Shown here piece after piece: positions 39,901-52,944 of a stretch of 64,000 nt of DNA (position 1 is its first letter; every line of letters starts with the position of its first letter). The notes below the pieces were generated by a model. That model did not search any database and was not told the origin of the DNA. It saw only the letters and a program-made list of their open reading frames with translations. Position numbers and translations under genes: made by a program. This stretch comes from Lama guanicoe (lineage: Eukaryota): assembly GCA_013239625.1 (NCBI GenBank), contig MU054187.1:19398711-19462710 (forward strand), written 5' to 3'.

Positions 39901-40323
39901 ACGTGGAATGCTAAAAAAAAAAAAAATGACAAAGTCAAACTCATAGAAACAGAGAAAACTGGCTTCCAGGGGTTGGGGCTGGGGAAATAGGGATAGTTTG
40001 GTGAAAGTGTACAAACTAATTTTCAGCTGTAGTATGAATAGGGTCCGATGATCTAATATTTAATGGAAAACATTGTGACAATAGTTGACAGCACAGTTCT
40101 GTGTTATTGAAATTTTCTAAGAGAGTAGAACTTAAATGGTTCCAACAACAATAGCAACAACAACAAAAAAGACAAATACGTGAAGGGATGAGTGAGTTAG
40201 ATAACGTAATGGTGGGAAACTTCACAGTGTATATGTTATCAAATCACCACAATATACACTTTAAATATCTGACAATTTTGTATGTCAGTTATTCCTCTGT
40301 AGAGCTGAAATTAAAAAAAAAAA
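36970..40323 (+). mobile_element. Decayed L1 with 5' UTR, partial ORF1, partial ORF2 and 3' UTR, carrying two large internal deletions
   Basis: 5' ccaagatggtg (YY1-like L1 start); ORF1-like ~38010-38530; ORF2 ~38535-39440; ORF2 C-terminus [15 protein letters not shown] (ORF 39766..39990); A tail ~40313-40323. Confidence 0.92.
37381..37628 (-). mobile_element. Younger short L1 3' end with 5' inversion, nested in the older L1 5' UTR
   Basis: Antisense 37381-37558, sense 37561-37628; TSD aagaagca(a/g)ttctt at 37367-37380 and 37629-37642. Confidence 0.9.
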
Positions 40324-41739
40324 CCAACATTGTGCTTATAAGAATAGTCTGAATATTCATATATTTACTGTTTTGGCTTCTAAGTGGTCTCTTAATTTAG
40401 CAGTTTCCCAGCTGTGTCAAATTATAGTGGCCTTTCATCAAAAGATATTAGTTGGTGGGGCCAATATATCTGGACCTGTTACACTGCCTCATCCTTCCTT
40501 TAGGTTAATTGCTTTTCCTCACAAATCTTTAATGGAAGTGATTTTCTTTAGCAGCTTGAAAATTTTACTATCATAAACATGTTGGCCTAGAAGGTTATCA
40601 TCTGGACTATGGACCAGGAAGAATTCCAGTTACTCACTATGGCCACCATGTTCATCCCTTGCACAAGAGAAGTGGTGTGACTATTGGTCCAAAACGTCAA
40701 AAATTTATGATTTAATAAAGGAAGGCATAATTACACAACTTAGGCATCAACATTGTGAATCTAAGTGAAAAACACTGGGGTAAAAAGGCATAAATATTTC
40801 AGCTACTGTTTCTTCAGAAATGTACCTTTTCCTGAAGAGAAGGGTGTCTGCAGCTTCACTGCTCAACCTCAGACAACTCACTCATGGCCTCCCTCCTTTT
40901 ATAGGGGAAACCCAAGCTTACTTCTCCAGCAGGAGAAAACTGTTCCCACAACACTGTCAAGATGCTACCTCACAGCTGTCATTTCCACAGTAATTTTTCT
41001 AAGGAAATGATAATTTTACAGAGAAATTAAGCAAAAAATTTTCTACAGAAAATTCTGAAAAACGTGACAGAACTTAGGGAGCCAATTAATTCTGACATGT
41101 AGTTACAACCAGGTTCATTGTTTTTTCTCAACTATCATTATGACCAGTAGTTTCTACTGAATCTAATTTTTAAGCCATGCAAATTACAGATGTCTTCAGT
41201 ATGCCGATAATAGCATGCTGGGGTTAATTACTGACTCGGAAGGGAGAATGCCAACTACTGAATCATCTGCATCTCTCTTGCCACACATGGGGTTTTCTCT
41301 GGATGAATTCCATCCCAGTGTTGACAAAACTTGACCTTGGATAGTTGCAAAGATTTGTTGGGACTCTGGCCAAAGGTGCTTATGCACCAGTAGATAAACC
41401 ATGTTTATTAACCAGGTTATTTTGCTCCACACATGGCAAGAAGAGTGCTTTTTGAGTTTTTCCAACTAATGCTGACTGAAAGCTGCTGGACAGAAAAAAA
41501 GTTTTTTATTATTGTCATTTCATGCAGTGCCCTGGATTCAATCTTGATATAAACCTTAGTGTATCGCTCAGCTGAAAGATCAAGGTCCAATAATTGGTTA
41601 CCTAAAAAGAACAAGCATGGTTATTTATTACAGATAAAACACAGGCCCACAGCCAGAACGCTGCATTATACCTTCTGAGTGGTCCTGGAAGCAACCCCCG
41701 CCAGGGGGATGCATTGTTTTCCAGCTGAATTAGCTAGGA

Positions 41740-41880
41740 GCCAAAAGTACAGGCGTTCTCACTCCAGCTGTGCTCCTGATGAGTCTGGGGAAGGGTGTTT
41801 GACCTGGGCTCTCCCTTTTCTCCTTGGAACATGAATTGCTAAGTAACTGACCTCGAAGGTTATTGTGAGGAACGATGACA
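41740..41880 (+). mobile_element. MIR fragment
   Basis: Degenerate MIR core ending gacctcgaaggttattgtgagga. Confidence 0.5.
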
Positions 41881-43744
41881 TTTTAGGAAGGCTGGTCTTT
41901 GCAGGAAAAGGGGATTCATAGCAGTATCACAGGCCTCAGTGCTTCAACAAAGGGTGGTAAATAGAATAAAGAGAGTGAAATATCAGTAATAAAAAGGGCA
42001 TAATAGAAAAAGACTAAAAAATGCTGGTTAGCCTGTTAAAACCATTTCTTGCTTCAGTTAGCTATAATTTCTAGGTCAGTTCTGTTGATGCCAGCCCAGG
42101 GACTAACTGAGTTAAGGAAAAAATACAGGAAGATTTGTATTGACATGATGTCAAGAGCAGAGTGGAGTGGGGTATGGAAGTGCCTCACTGCGTCTCCATT
42201 TGGATGTAACAGCCTGATTTGGCACAAGCTCCTAACAGAGCCTGAGGACTAATCGTCTCCCTGAGGAGTGAAACTTGAGTCCTGTGGATCACAAATCCCA
42301 GAGGTAACTCAGTTTCACAAAATGTAAGGTTGCCACCAAACTTTAACTATTCTCTGAGAAGTAGCCTTTGAAAGAGTCTAGAAAATCATTCAATGATATT
42401 TATCACGTGCTCTCTGAATGCCAGCTCTGGCTTAGGCCCTTTAGGCTGAATCATAAATTATTGTCTAATCATTAAGCAGATTCCATCAGATGAACAGAAA
42501 ATTTCCAATATAAAAAATGAAGTGTGTTAATTAAAAAAATTTTGATATATGAATAAATTACCTTGCCCCATTCTCCCCCCAAGAAGTCTTCACAAACCAG
42601 GAGAGAAAATTTACTCCCATATTCCACCCCCCGCTGCCACCCTTTCCCATGAGCAATGGTGACCTGTAGTCTTTACACCTAGGTGGGGTGGTCTCTGTCC
42701 TGAGGTGGCTTCCCAGCACAAGCATGTCTCCTTCCCCATAGAAAACTATCTGGATACAGTAAAGAATTTTTCCCCAAGAACTGGGAGTGTGAGTCTGGGA
42801 ACAGGGTAATTTGGTCATTCCTTTTGTGATAGCTCTGGCTACCTCTCTGTGGTGCCCAGCTTTGGTGGAAATTTATCTGAGAATGCATAGGTTTTGTTAA
42901 GTCTTGTGTAACCTGGGATGGGGAAAGGGGTGAGCGGCTTACCTCAAAATGTCGGCAGCATGTTGACTGAATTTTGACATGCAATGGGGTAAGCATGGAA
43001 GGCATTCCTAACGGGAGTTTCTAAGCACGGCCTCTATGCTCAGTGTGAACCCACTGACAAGCCTTTGTGTGCCGTGGATGAGGAGATAGACTTTTGCTCA
43101 CACTTCTTCACTTGAAGAGGTGGCATTTGAGTCGAAAATCCCTTCACCCCCTTGGCCACCACCACCAGGTTTTCCAGCCTCTTCCTCCTCTCATTTCCTA
43201 GTACTAACTGTCTGGAAACTTGAGTAGAGGTATTTCGACAAAGTCCAAGCTTCATTCCCTGATGTCTCTCTGAATTCCCCAAACTTTCACAAGTCTGGTT
43301 TAGCTTCTTTATTGTTGGCCATACAATTTCTTCCTGGGAGCAAGTTACCATAAAATGTTCATTTCTCATCCAAGCAAGCAAAAAGATATGCAGAAGTGCA
43401 AAAGAGTAACATTTACTGAAGTAGAAGATGAATCCTCATAGGAAAATTACCGGTAAGATGAAATGGGTCTAGAATCACATATTACAACTTCAAATATAAG
43501 GATGGAGGAGAAGAATAGGGGGACATTTTTTATTCTTGGAGTTGATAATGTGAAGAATTTGATTAAGTATGTTCTTAAAAGCTTTAAAGTAGCCAATGGC
43601 ACAGAATTAGACTGAAAAAGTAATATGAAAGCTATGAGTTGTAATAATCAACTTAAAATTAAATGTTCTTATTAAAAGAACTGGAGTCAGAATTTCCCAC
43701 CTGGTGTAAACTATAGAAAGTGTACATACTGCACTAAAGTATAC

Positions 43745-43922
43745 TATACTGTAGAAATGCTCTTGGGATAAAACTTATTTGGAAAGTGCTGTGTTAAAAA
43801 AAGCTATACATTTCTTAACTTGAGAATTCCTCAGTGTCTTTAATGTGAAACTGAGCATTGTAAAGCTGTAAGAAGAAATATAATATTTGTTGTTTCCCAA
43901 ACTATTTGATCAGTGAACATTG
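43745..43922. mobile_element. MER103-like hAT-Charlie relic
   Basis: tttggaaagtgctgtgttaaa...cctcagtgtctttaatgtg...tgtttcccaaactatttgatca. Confidence 0.65.
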
Positions 43923-45432
43923 TTGTCATAGTATACATATTAGTATCTCAGAGAAACGCTATTCTGAGCAGTTTAGGAAACACTGAGTTCAGCATTCAAC
44001 TCAACTCATTACGGTTAGAGTGTGGGGTCAAGCCAGAGGAAGAACAAAATTCTTCAGGTAAGAGTAGAGACACACCTCACTGGTGGATTCCAGGGACCAT
44101 CTGTTGTGCCTCCAACTCTTCTGAAGCAGCATGTCCTTCTTGATTCCTATTCATATGGTAACATAGAAATTTTTGCACCCAGAGGAGGTCCACCATGAGG
44201 TTGTCTATCCTGGAAGGGTCCCTTGTCCCTTTCCATCCTCATCTTCCTCAGAGTGCCCCATCATGATCTAATTTCTGTAGGGCTGTGAATTACAGTTGGT
44301 TGTAAGGCATATTCCTTCACGTGTTTACAGGTTGTTTTCATTTGTTGCCCATGTGATGCAGTGACAGACACCTGTTCTCAAATCTGGTAGGTCTTGAACT
44401 TTAGAGGGGCTCTGTAGTTCATCAGGGCTTGCTGATCACTGATGGTCATGTAGTTTTAATATCAGATGTTCAGCATCTGGGGAGAGGAAAATGGAGGTGA
44501 TGGGTGCTTTTCTTCAGCCTAAATCTGAACCCAACCCACACAAATGGGTGTCTTGACAGAGAGGCTGATAATATGTCTTCAAAATAACTATTGATCCCCT
44601 AATTTATGACAGTAATGTCTTTTCATATGCTTATCTCTCAGATTTTCTTTCTGGAATTTGCTAAATGCTTTTACATATTTCATGCTTTGTGATATGAAGC
44701 TATATCTTACAGCTAGATTTTATGCATTCCAAGCTTTACACTCTTCATAAATGTTTTAATTAAAATAAATTTTGAGTGTTAATTTTTCCCCAAGACCAAA
44801 TATATAACTATTAATCATTTCTGATTTTTTTAGTGTTCTCTAAATAGCATAAAATTAATATTATGAATCTTGGTTTAAGTTCCTAATTCTCAAAATGGCT
44901 CTAGTTTATATTTGAGGAAATTTAAAAATTTTCTAAAAATAGTTGGAAAAATAGTTCATGCTATCTGAAAATTGCATCTCCAATTGTGTATCTCTAGGTA
45001 TTCCTTTTTTTCTGGTTGATTTTTTTTCTACATCCTAACTGTCTAAATTATCATCTGTGGCTTGTCACAACTGATTACTTCAAATATCATTCTTTTGTTT
45101 CATCAGTTAGAAGTACTGTTTTGATTCTGAAATCAATGATACCCTCTAGGAAAAGGGATAAGAGAATTACAAGTAAGAGAATTACTAAATGTAAAAAAAA
45201 AAAAAGTGCTTTTTTCCATTTTTCCATTTTGGCTGAGAGATATATACGTTTCATTGGGTTTAAAAATTTTGGTTTTTCTCAGAAGGATCAAATCTGAAAG
45301 GGAACTTGAACATCAATAAAATAACTCTGCGTGAAATACTCTGAATTTTAGAAGATCATCCTAAATTTATTATCATTAGCAGGAAAATGAGTAAGAAAAC
45401 TCACCTACAGAAAATTTTAATTTCCCTGAAGA

Positions 45433-45457
45433 GTGTGTGTGTGTGTGTGTGTGTGTG
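45433..45457. repeat. (GT)12 microsatellite
   Basis: Directly visible. Confidence 0.95.
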
Positions 45458-46469
45458 ATAAAGCAGTTGAAAAGATTCTTTAGTGAAACAACAGAAGTAC
45501 TGCTGATTTAATGCTGCTCTGGTTCATTCACTCAGATTTCAGAAACTGAGTATAGGTTTATCCTTCCTCTGTTTTCTTCCACCCAGTCATTTGGCATTTG
45601 CTTTCAAAAGGAAATATTAACAGGCTGGGCTGAATGCTAAAGGTACAATTATTTTCTGAGTCCCACCCTATAATTTTACTAACCAAAAACCTATACTAGA
45701 GAATTGGTATGGTTTAGGGAAATTAAGTTAAATCAAACCCACTTAGATTCATTGGATTCATTCTCAGATGTTAGTTCATTAGAAGATATATTTACTAATC
45801 AAACATCTTCACAACTTAATACTGTTGGGTACAGTGTGAAATACTTCAGTATATTTCATATCATTGCTTCCATTGGCACCTTAAGGGGGCTAATTGGCAT
45901 TCTTAAATAGATGTCTTATTTCTGCCCCAAAGAGCTAGTTTAGTTTATAGGCAACTTTCTCAAGCCTGCCTGCTTCTCAGCATTACTGGCTCTTGGTTCC
46001 ATAAGCTTATTTTGTCTGTAAATGACAATAATTCCTTTTTTCTATTTCTCCAACTTTTCCTCAAAATAAGGTCTTAGTGAGAACGGAGGGCACCTCTGTG
46101 ACTCAAAACATCTACCTTCTCTTCTTGTTTGAGTTACTCAGTGTCTTTTCTTAAAAGTATTAATTAGACACCCACTATTGGGCACTACCGTACAAGGCAT
46201 TCAAGAGAGATTTAACTATTTAAAGGTAATTTCTTCATGAATTTTTCCCAAGAGGAATTAAAGACTAATAAAGTATATGAAAGCAATGTTCATGGATATT
46301 ACACAAGAAAGAAAATGACAAAGACATGAGAAAAGGTCAGATGAAATCTTAAGAGTCAGAGGAGGGAGCAACCACTGTCAGCAGAGGGATTAGGGACAGT
46401 TTCTTGGGGAAGGTGAAGGTCAACTGCACTAAAACAAACACTCGCGTGTAGATCCCTGCCCGCATCCCG

Positions 46470-48160
46470 GTGCTGTCTTCCTTTTTAGTCACAGCCCTAG
46501 TGCTCTCCTCCCTGTAACTGAGCTGACTCTTAGATCATGAACCCATTGCAGCCAGTGTAGACTGGTTTGCCCTTCCCACTGTATAAATGGCTCCATCCAA
46601 GTGCCAACTGGTCCCCTACTGTTACACTGGATTCTTCACAAGGCTTGATTTTATTTGCTCTTTCTCTCTTGCATCTAAGGCTGTGGACCACTCCTTTCCT
46701 CCTTTGTCTTCCCAAATAGCACCCTCTCTTAATTCTGTTACTCCCCTGGGCATTGTTCCTCAGTCTTCTTCATTAGTTTTTTTTTCCTCCTAACAATGTA
46801 TTTCACAGTTGTTCCACCTCCAGGTTCTCTGATCCTCCTACTTCCTCACTGGGTGTGTCTCCTTCAGTGAGCTCATTCAGTCAAACCGTCTCAGTCATCA
46901 TCTTCACCTAAATACAGTCATCTTTTCTAGGCTCCAGGGCTATTGGACGTTTCCACTTCAACCAGCTTAAAGCACAGTTGTAGGCTGGGGTCCCTGAAAA
47001 ATCCCACTGAGTATTTACATGTACCCATTCATTAGGAAACGCTCTTGGGAGCAGTATCTTTAGAAGGAAGAAGAAGGAAGCATTTTCCAGGGAAGTAGAA
47101 GTTAAGCTGTAATCAGAAAGCCTGAGACAACTTCGCAGGGATGGTCCTTCAGTGTTGTCCCCCGGTGGGGTGAAGGGGCTGGGCACTGACCAGCACTGAA
47201 TGCAGGCTTCCCCTAGCAGGGGCTGGACTTGGGCAAGAAGCTGCTCATTTCCAGCAGTGCAGAGGGTGAGTGCTTCAACCTTGAAGGGGAATCTGGGCAA
47301 CTCAGTACAATGTTCACTATATAGGCACCTAATGTGTCTATAAAACTATGCATTATTCTTTCCATAAATGTGTTACTTCTCTTGTGTTTCTTACATCTGT
47401 TGACTTGTTCTCCCATCCAGTAACCCACGTCAGATCCTAGGCAGGGCATCGAGTCTCCTAACTTAGTCCTCACTAGCAGCTAATCCAAAATCCACATCTC
47501 TCCATCTTTAATTGTTCACTTATCTTTTTTCTCCCCACCCACCTTGTGGTTAGGAGCCTAATGCAGGCACCATCTCTCCCCTAAACATCTGCATTAGTCA
47601 CTTCACTGGCTACCGCAGGCTCATGTCTAGCATCCTTCCTGTCTACCCTCCACTTCACCTCCAAAGTGATAGCCCTGCAACATAAAGCTAACCACACCAG
47701 GCTCCTGTTTAGTCAGTGGCCCCCACTGTCTCTGTATAATGAGCATACTTCTTATCATGGCATGAAATTCCTCCAGCCTCATTCGAAGCCCACAGTTCAA
47801 CTGTTCAGATACATGTGCCATCCTCCAAGTGCGTTAGGCTATTTCACAACTTCTTGTCTTTGATCATGATGCTCCTTCTGCCTGGAATATTCTTTCATCC
47901 CGTTTCCTTGCCACTCAAGACCGCCTATTCACCTTTCAAGTCCTTTCAAGTCCTCTGCGAAACATTTTCTGGCTCGTTCCATCCTGTTCTTTATTTCTAA
48001 CCCAACATATTGCTATCTTTATATCTAATCCTTAACTGCACTTTTTGTAGCCATGACTACCTGTCCTATTATTTGTATCCTCCTAGGAGGCAGACAGTCT
48101 GATTTATTTCTGAGGAGCATGGAAGAACACACCTTAATTAATGATGGATGAGAAGATGAA
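46470..48160 (+). mobile_element. Fragmented L2, interrupted by an ERVL-type LTR
   Basis: Pyrimidine-rich L2 motifs (gctgtggaccactcctttcct, ccttcagtgagctcattcagtc, ccttctgcctggaatattctt). Confidence 0.7.
46979..47322 (-). mobile_element. ERVL-type solo LTR relic
   Basis: tgtaggctggggtccctg...ttcattaggaaacgctcttggga...gggatggtccttcagtgttgtcc...ttcactata; subfamily uncertain. Confidence 0.6.
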
Positions 48161-48229
48161 TGTTCAGTAGAGGAGAGGGGCCGGTTGCTAACAGAGAGAG
48201 GCTGAATCTGAAAAACAAAAAGCAAAGCA

Positions 48230-48665
48230 AACATGCTGGGTTTTGTGACTGTCTTCAGCTATGCCCAGCAGCCTGGTGATAGGAAGGGAGGAGATGATAT
48301 GAAATACTCAGGATAAAGAGCTGAAAGGTTGGGTTCATTGGAAGCACACAGTGTAGAAGAGATCCAGGCTTCCAGTGAGAGCTTCACTGAAATGGGTACC
48401 CACAGCGAATGTCTCTGTCGGAGACAAATGAGCCTGCAGTCTGCTGGATGGGTCGTGAGAACGGAGGTGGTCCAGAAACTGGAGGACAAAAGGCAGAATC
48501 GGCGACAGGGAGGCAGTAGGAAGGGAAGGAGGGAAGCAAAATTTTGAAAAACTCGTACTTTGGAAATGAGGCAGTTTTGGGTGAAGACAAAGTCCAAGGC
48601 GTGTGTCAATGAAGATAAAGGCTGCTGCCACTAAAGAAACTAAAAATCTTTGAGGTCAGGGGTTT
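48230..48665 (-). mobile_element. L2/CR1-clade ORF2 endonuclease-region relic
   Basis: Minus-strand translation THALDFVFTQNC (ORF 48259..48609) resembles the GHTLDLV(F/I)T motif of APE-type LINE endonucleases. Confidence 0.6.
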
Positions 48666-48679
48666 AGGTGGGTTGTTAT

Positions 48680-48810
48680 TACGGTAACCATATATCCTGG
48701 TTTCCTTGCCCAACCTGGTTGTCCATCGTTTTCCAGAATAATTATTAATAGCATTTCTCTCACTCTCAAAATGTCCTTATTTGGACGATAAATTATATAG
48801 TCACACTCTA
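48680..48810 (+). mobile_element. MER94 (hAT-Blackjack) DNA transposon
   Basis: ggtaaccatatatcctggttt...aattattaatagc...cactctcaaaatgtcc...ttggacgataaattatatagtcacac. Confidence 0.85.
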
Positions 48811-49219
48811 CCTTTTATCAACTTCCCAAACAACATGATACTTTGTAGCCAAGATAGCTTTCTGGACTTTGGGTGAAAAATTAGGCTTTCAAAATTGGAA
48901 TTTTTTAAATTGGAATTAAAACGTAGTAGAGGATTTAAAGAATAGTTATTGTAATTTAGCAAGGGAAGATAATAATAATAATGGATGCGTTTTTAATTGT
49001 AACATATATCACACATAGAATTTTTGATTTTACATTTATACACAAAATCTTAGGTTTTCTGTAGTATGGATCCTACCTTTTTATGCTTTCTAGAACAGGG
49101 TGCATTAAAACAAATCGGAAAAGCTTAACATGTGGCTAAATAATCTACATCTAAAGGGGAGTCTGTCAGCTGAGAGATGTTTCAAATATAATTGCTGCAT
49201 CAAGGAAAGAACACGGGAT

Positions 49220-49410
49220 GAAAATCAGAGGATGGGGCTTGGCTTCTTACCAGCTAACATGAACATAACGAAGTTAATTATCCTCTCCAAGCCCATTTCC
49301 TCACTGGTAAAAGGGGATAATGACAGTCATCTGACCTCTCAAAGGGGCTGTGGTGAGGACCAAATGAAATAATGGAAGATTCTTTTCAAAACTGTACAAA
49401 TGTAAGTAGA
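49220..49410 (+). mobile_element. MIR SINE
   Basis: aagttaattatcctctccaagcccatttcctcactggtaaaaggggataat core. Confidence 0.75.
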
Positions 49411-49424
49411 CCAAATGTCCTTTC

Positions 49425-49678
49425 TAAAAACAAAACAAAACAATAAACAGCAAGGTTCTACTGTACAGCACAGGGAACTATAGTCAATACCTTGTAATAG
49501 CCTATAATGAAAAAGAATATGATCAGGAATATATATATATATACACACATATATACACACACACGTATAACTGAGTCACTATGCTGTATACCAGAAATTA
49601 ACACATTGTAAATTCACTATATTTCAATTAAAAAATAAAAATATAACAAAACAAAAACAAAAACAAGAAAAGGAAAAA
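49425..49678 (+). mobile_element. L1 3'-end fragment
   Basis: taaacagcaaggttctactgtacagcacagggaactatagtcaata...ttcaattaaaaaataaaa. Confidence 0.9.
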
Positions 49679-50583
49679 GGAATTCCAGGTGAGTTATTAG
49701 AAATTTTGTCCTGAATTAACTTGAATATTTTTACATAAATATAGAGTTAAATTAATTTGTCACTGTTAATATATAAAGAGATGAATCATTCATGATTGAA
49801 AAACTCATTTCATAAAACAGAGTTTGGAAGAACACTGGGAATAACTGAAAACCACAGTTATGTTGTTGAAAATCTGCCGTCTCATTTCATGTGAAAGACA
49901 GACAGAGTCATTAGGGAGCCAAGGGCCTGATGAGAAAACGAGGTCATTTTATGGAGACAGAAATATCCAATTCATTCTTTTATAAGTGTTTTACCTATTA
50001 AAAGCCCTCAGCCTAGCCATCAGAAAGTCAACCGTTTTATAGATTAACTCACTCGGCCCAAGTCAGAGGTTAGGAAGTCTCTGGTGAGAACAGCTGTTGG
50101 TCATTTGTCTTCCCACATCAAAGACACAGGAAGATTCTTTAGTAAATTAGGGAGGTATTAAAAAGATTAAATTGGTTCAAATTAGTTCCTGGTATAAAGA
50201 AAATACATACCACAACACTAGTTTCTTTATAATGAAGGTAGGAAATAATAAAAATTAATTGGAGCAGTGAAGCTCCAAAAAATCTGTTAATTGATGGTAA
50301 AGCATGTAAAGATTATTTGACTTTTTTTCATTATGCCTAGGACACTTTATTCGAAGTTTGCAGATACGTCAAAAATGAAATGTCAAACACCACATGTAAA
50401 TTTATATGGAAAAATTATTTTTCATGCAAAATACAGATTTTTCAGAGAGCAAACTCAACTTTAATTATTAAAAAGAGGCAAGTTTATTCTTGCACACATT
50501 TTGCGATAAGTTCCTAGAATCATAGAAAAACAATGCAGACATTTGTGTAAATGAGTATATGTTTGTATGAAACGAATATGTAT

Positions 50584-50836
50584 ATTTTCTTCCAGCTTTA
50601 TTGAGATATAATTGACATTATGCATGGTAAGTTTAAGCTGTACAGCATATGATTTGACTTATGTACATCATGAAATGATTATAGTCTAGTGAACATCCAT
50701 CATCTCCCACAGAGGCAAGATAAAAGAAAAAGAAAATATATTTTCCTCGTGATGAGAACTGGGGATTTACTGTCTTAACAGCTTCATATATAACGTACAG
50801 CAGTGTTAATTATATTAAGCATGTTGTACATTACAA
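50584..50836 (-). mobile_element. L1 (MA/MB-type) 3' end
   Basis: cagctttattgagatataattgaca...gtgatgagaac...catgttgtacattaca. Confidence 0.85.
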
Positions 50837-51039
50837 AATGAATATACTGTCAATTTCAACTACAGTCTAGGGATCTGTACTAAGCATATTATATGGATTA
50901 TGGTATTTAATTCCTTCAGCAATAAATGAGTTAAGGATAATTCGTGTTTTATAAAGGGGAAGGAGGGTTCAGCTAGGTTAAGTTAGAAGCCAGGAAAAAC
51001 AGAAATTTTTAGATTCTTTGCCCCACCCTCCACCTTGCC

Positions 51040-51577
51040 CCACCCCATCCCATGATTCCAGTCCCCTGGTTATTTAATCAGACACTAATCTAGGTAGTGC
51101 TGTGAAGGGATTTCTCTACTGTAATTAAAGTCCCAAGTCAGTTGACCTTAAGATATGGAGATTATCCAGATGGGCCTGATCTGATCACTTGAGTTTTAAA
51201 GGGCAGGTTTGGAAACATAGAGAGAATTGAAGGGTGAGGACTCAGACTCGTTTCTGCAGCTTTAAAGATCGGGGGGAGGGCGTGTGTGTTTGGTGGTGGG
51301 GGGCAGCATCCACGAGCAGAGAGTGGGTCCTGGCAGGTAGCCAGCAAATGAACAGGGCCCTCAATCCAATAGCCACGAGGAAATGGATCCTCCCTCGCCT
51401 CATCAGATGAGCGCTTGGCCAACACCTGGGTTTTGGCCTTGGGAGACCCGAGGCAGAGCACCCCTCTGAGCCCCACCAGGCTTCTGAACTCCAGAACTGT
51501 GAGATGATAAATGGGCTTCCTTTTAAGTTGCTAAGTTTGTGGTAATTCGTTGCAGCTGCAATAGAAAGTGAATCCAG
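51040..51577 (+). mobile_element. MLT1E/F-type LTR
   Basis: aatcagacactaatctaggtagtgctgtgaagggattt...gaactgtgagatgataaatggg...gcaatagaaagtgaatcca. Confidence 0.85.
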
Positions 51578-51686
51578 AAACTCGAAAAGTCATAGAGCAA
51601 GTAAGCAATAGATTTAACCTATTCAGCGTAAAGTGTTGTGATGAAAAAACATGAGAGCAAGAGGAGCAGGTTGATTTGAAGAAATT

Positions 51687-51925
51687 TCATTCATTCATTC
51701 ATTCATTCACTCACTCAATTATCAAATATTTTTTGACTACCTTTTATATGGCAGGCCTATGTAAGGGCTACAGAGACTGGAAGAAAAGAAATCCAGTCCC
51801 TTTCCTCTAAGAGCTCACAATTTAAGAGTTGAAGGCAGGCAGGCAAGCAAATCAATCAGGACAGTGCAGTGTGAGCCTTAAGTGCTATAGAAAGAGAGGT
51901 TAGAGATTATGGTAGCACAGATGCT
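51687..51925 (-). mobile_element. L2 3' fragment
   Basis: (ttca)n tail followed by antisense L2 motifs. Confidence 0.8.
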
Positions 51926-51952
51926 TTTAGACCAATTTCTTACCCTGTTGCC

Positions 51953-52457
51953 TGTGGGAGGCAGGATAGTGGCCCCCAAAGATGTCTTGTGCTAACTCCC
52001 AGAACCTGTGACTATATTACACGGCAAGAGGAGATTAAGGATTAAATGGAACTAAGGTGGTTAATCAGCTGACGTTAAGATAGGGAGATAATTCAGGATG
52101 ATTCAGGTGGGACCAGTGTAATCACAAGGGTCCTTACAAGTGGGAAAGAGTGGCAGAAGAGAAGATCAGAGTGATTCGATGTGAAAAGGACTAGACAGGT
52201 CATTGCTGACTTGGAAGGTGGAGGAAGGAGCCACAAGCTGAGGCATGTGGGGAACCCTCAGAAGCTGTAAAAGACAAGGAAATAGATTCTCCCTTAGAGT
52301 CGCCACAAAGGAATGCAGCCCTGCTGACACCTTAATTTTAGCCTGGTAGAAATCATTTTGGACTTCTGACCTTAAGAAGTATAAGATATTAAACGTGTGC
52401 ATGATAAGTCCACAAATTCAAGGATGTACATTACAGGAGCAATAGGAAGCTAATACA
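51953..52457 (+). mobile_element. MLT1D-type solo LTR
   Basis: tgtgggaggcaggatagtggcccccaaagatgtc...gcaataggaagctaataca; TSD ttgcc/ctgcc. Confidence 0.93.
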
Positions 52458-52852
52458 CTGCCTGAATTTCACTAACATGAGATGACTGAAAGTAAAAACA
52501 GGGAAATGTATAATGGTTATTTTATTTTAGCTAATATTCGAGAAAGCCTTTAAATATTGAGAGCAGATGAAACAAGAAAATGAGTGCAAAAAGCATAAAT
52601 CATTAGAGAAAAATGGATAAATTAAATTTCGTCAAATTAAAAAATTCTGTTCTAAAGAAACGATCAAGAAAATTAAAAACAAAAAGCCTCAGACTGGAAG
52701 CAAATAGTTACAAACCTACATCTGATATAGGACTTGAATTCAGATCACCTATAATTCTTACAAATCAGTACTAAGACAAACAACACACTTAAAAATGGGG
52801 AAAATATTTCAAGAGACATTTCAGCAAAGAAGAGGTACAAATGGCCAATAAG

Positions 52853-52944
52853 TGGGGGGGAGGGTATAGCTCAGTGGTAGATCACATGCTTAGCATGTAT
52901 GAGGTCATGGATTTGACTCCCAGTAACTCTGTTAAATAAAACAA
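52853..52944 (+). mobile_element. tRNA-derived SINE nested in L1
   Basis: gggagggtatagctcagtggtagatcacatgcttagcatg; perfect 16-bp TSD acaaatggccaataag (52837-52852, 52945-52960). Confidence 0.95.

Noticed and set aside
39429..39990. ORFs with protein-like sequence
   Set aside because: They are the L1 ORF2 C-terminus and its antisense frame, not a host gene.
52853..52944. tRNA-like sequences with A/B boxes (seven copies in the window)
   Set aside because: They have A-rich tails, TSDs and divergent bodies, so they are SINEs and not tRNA genes.
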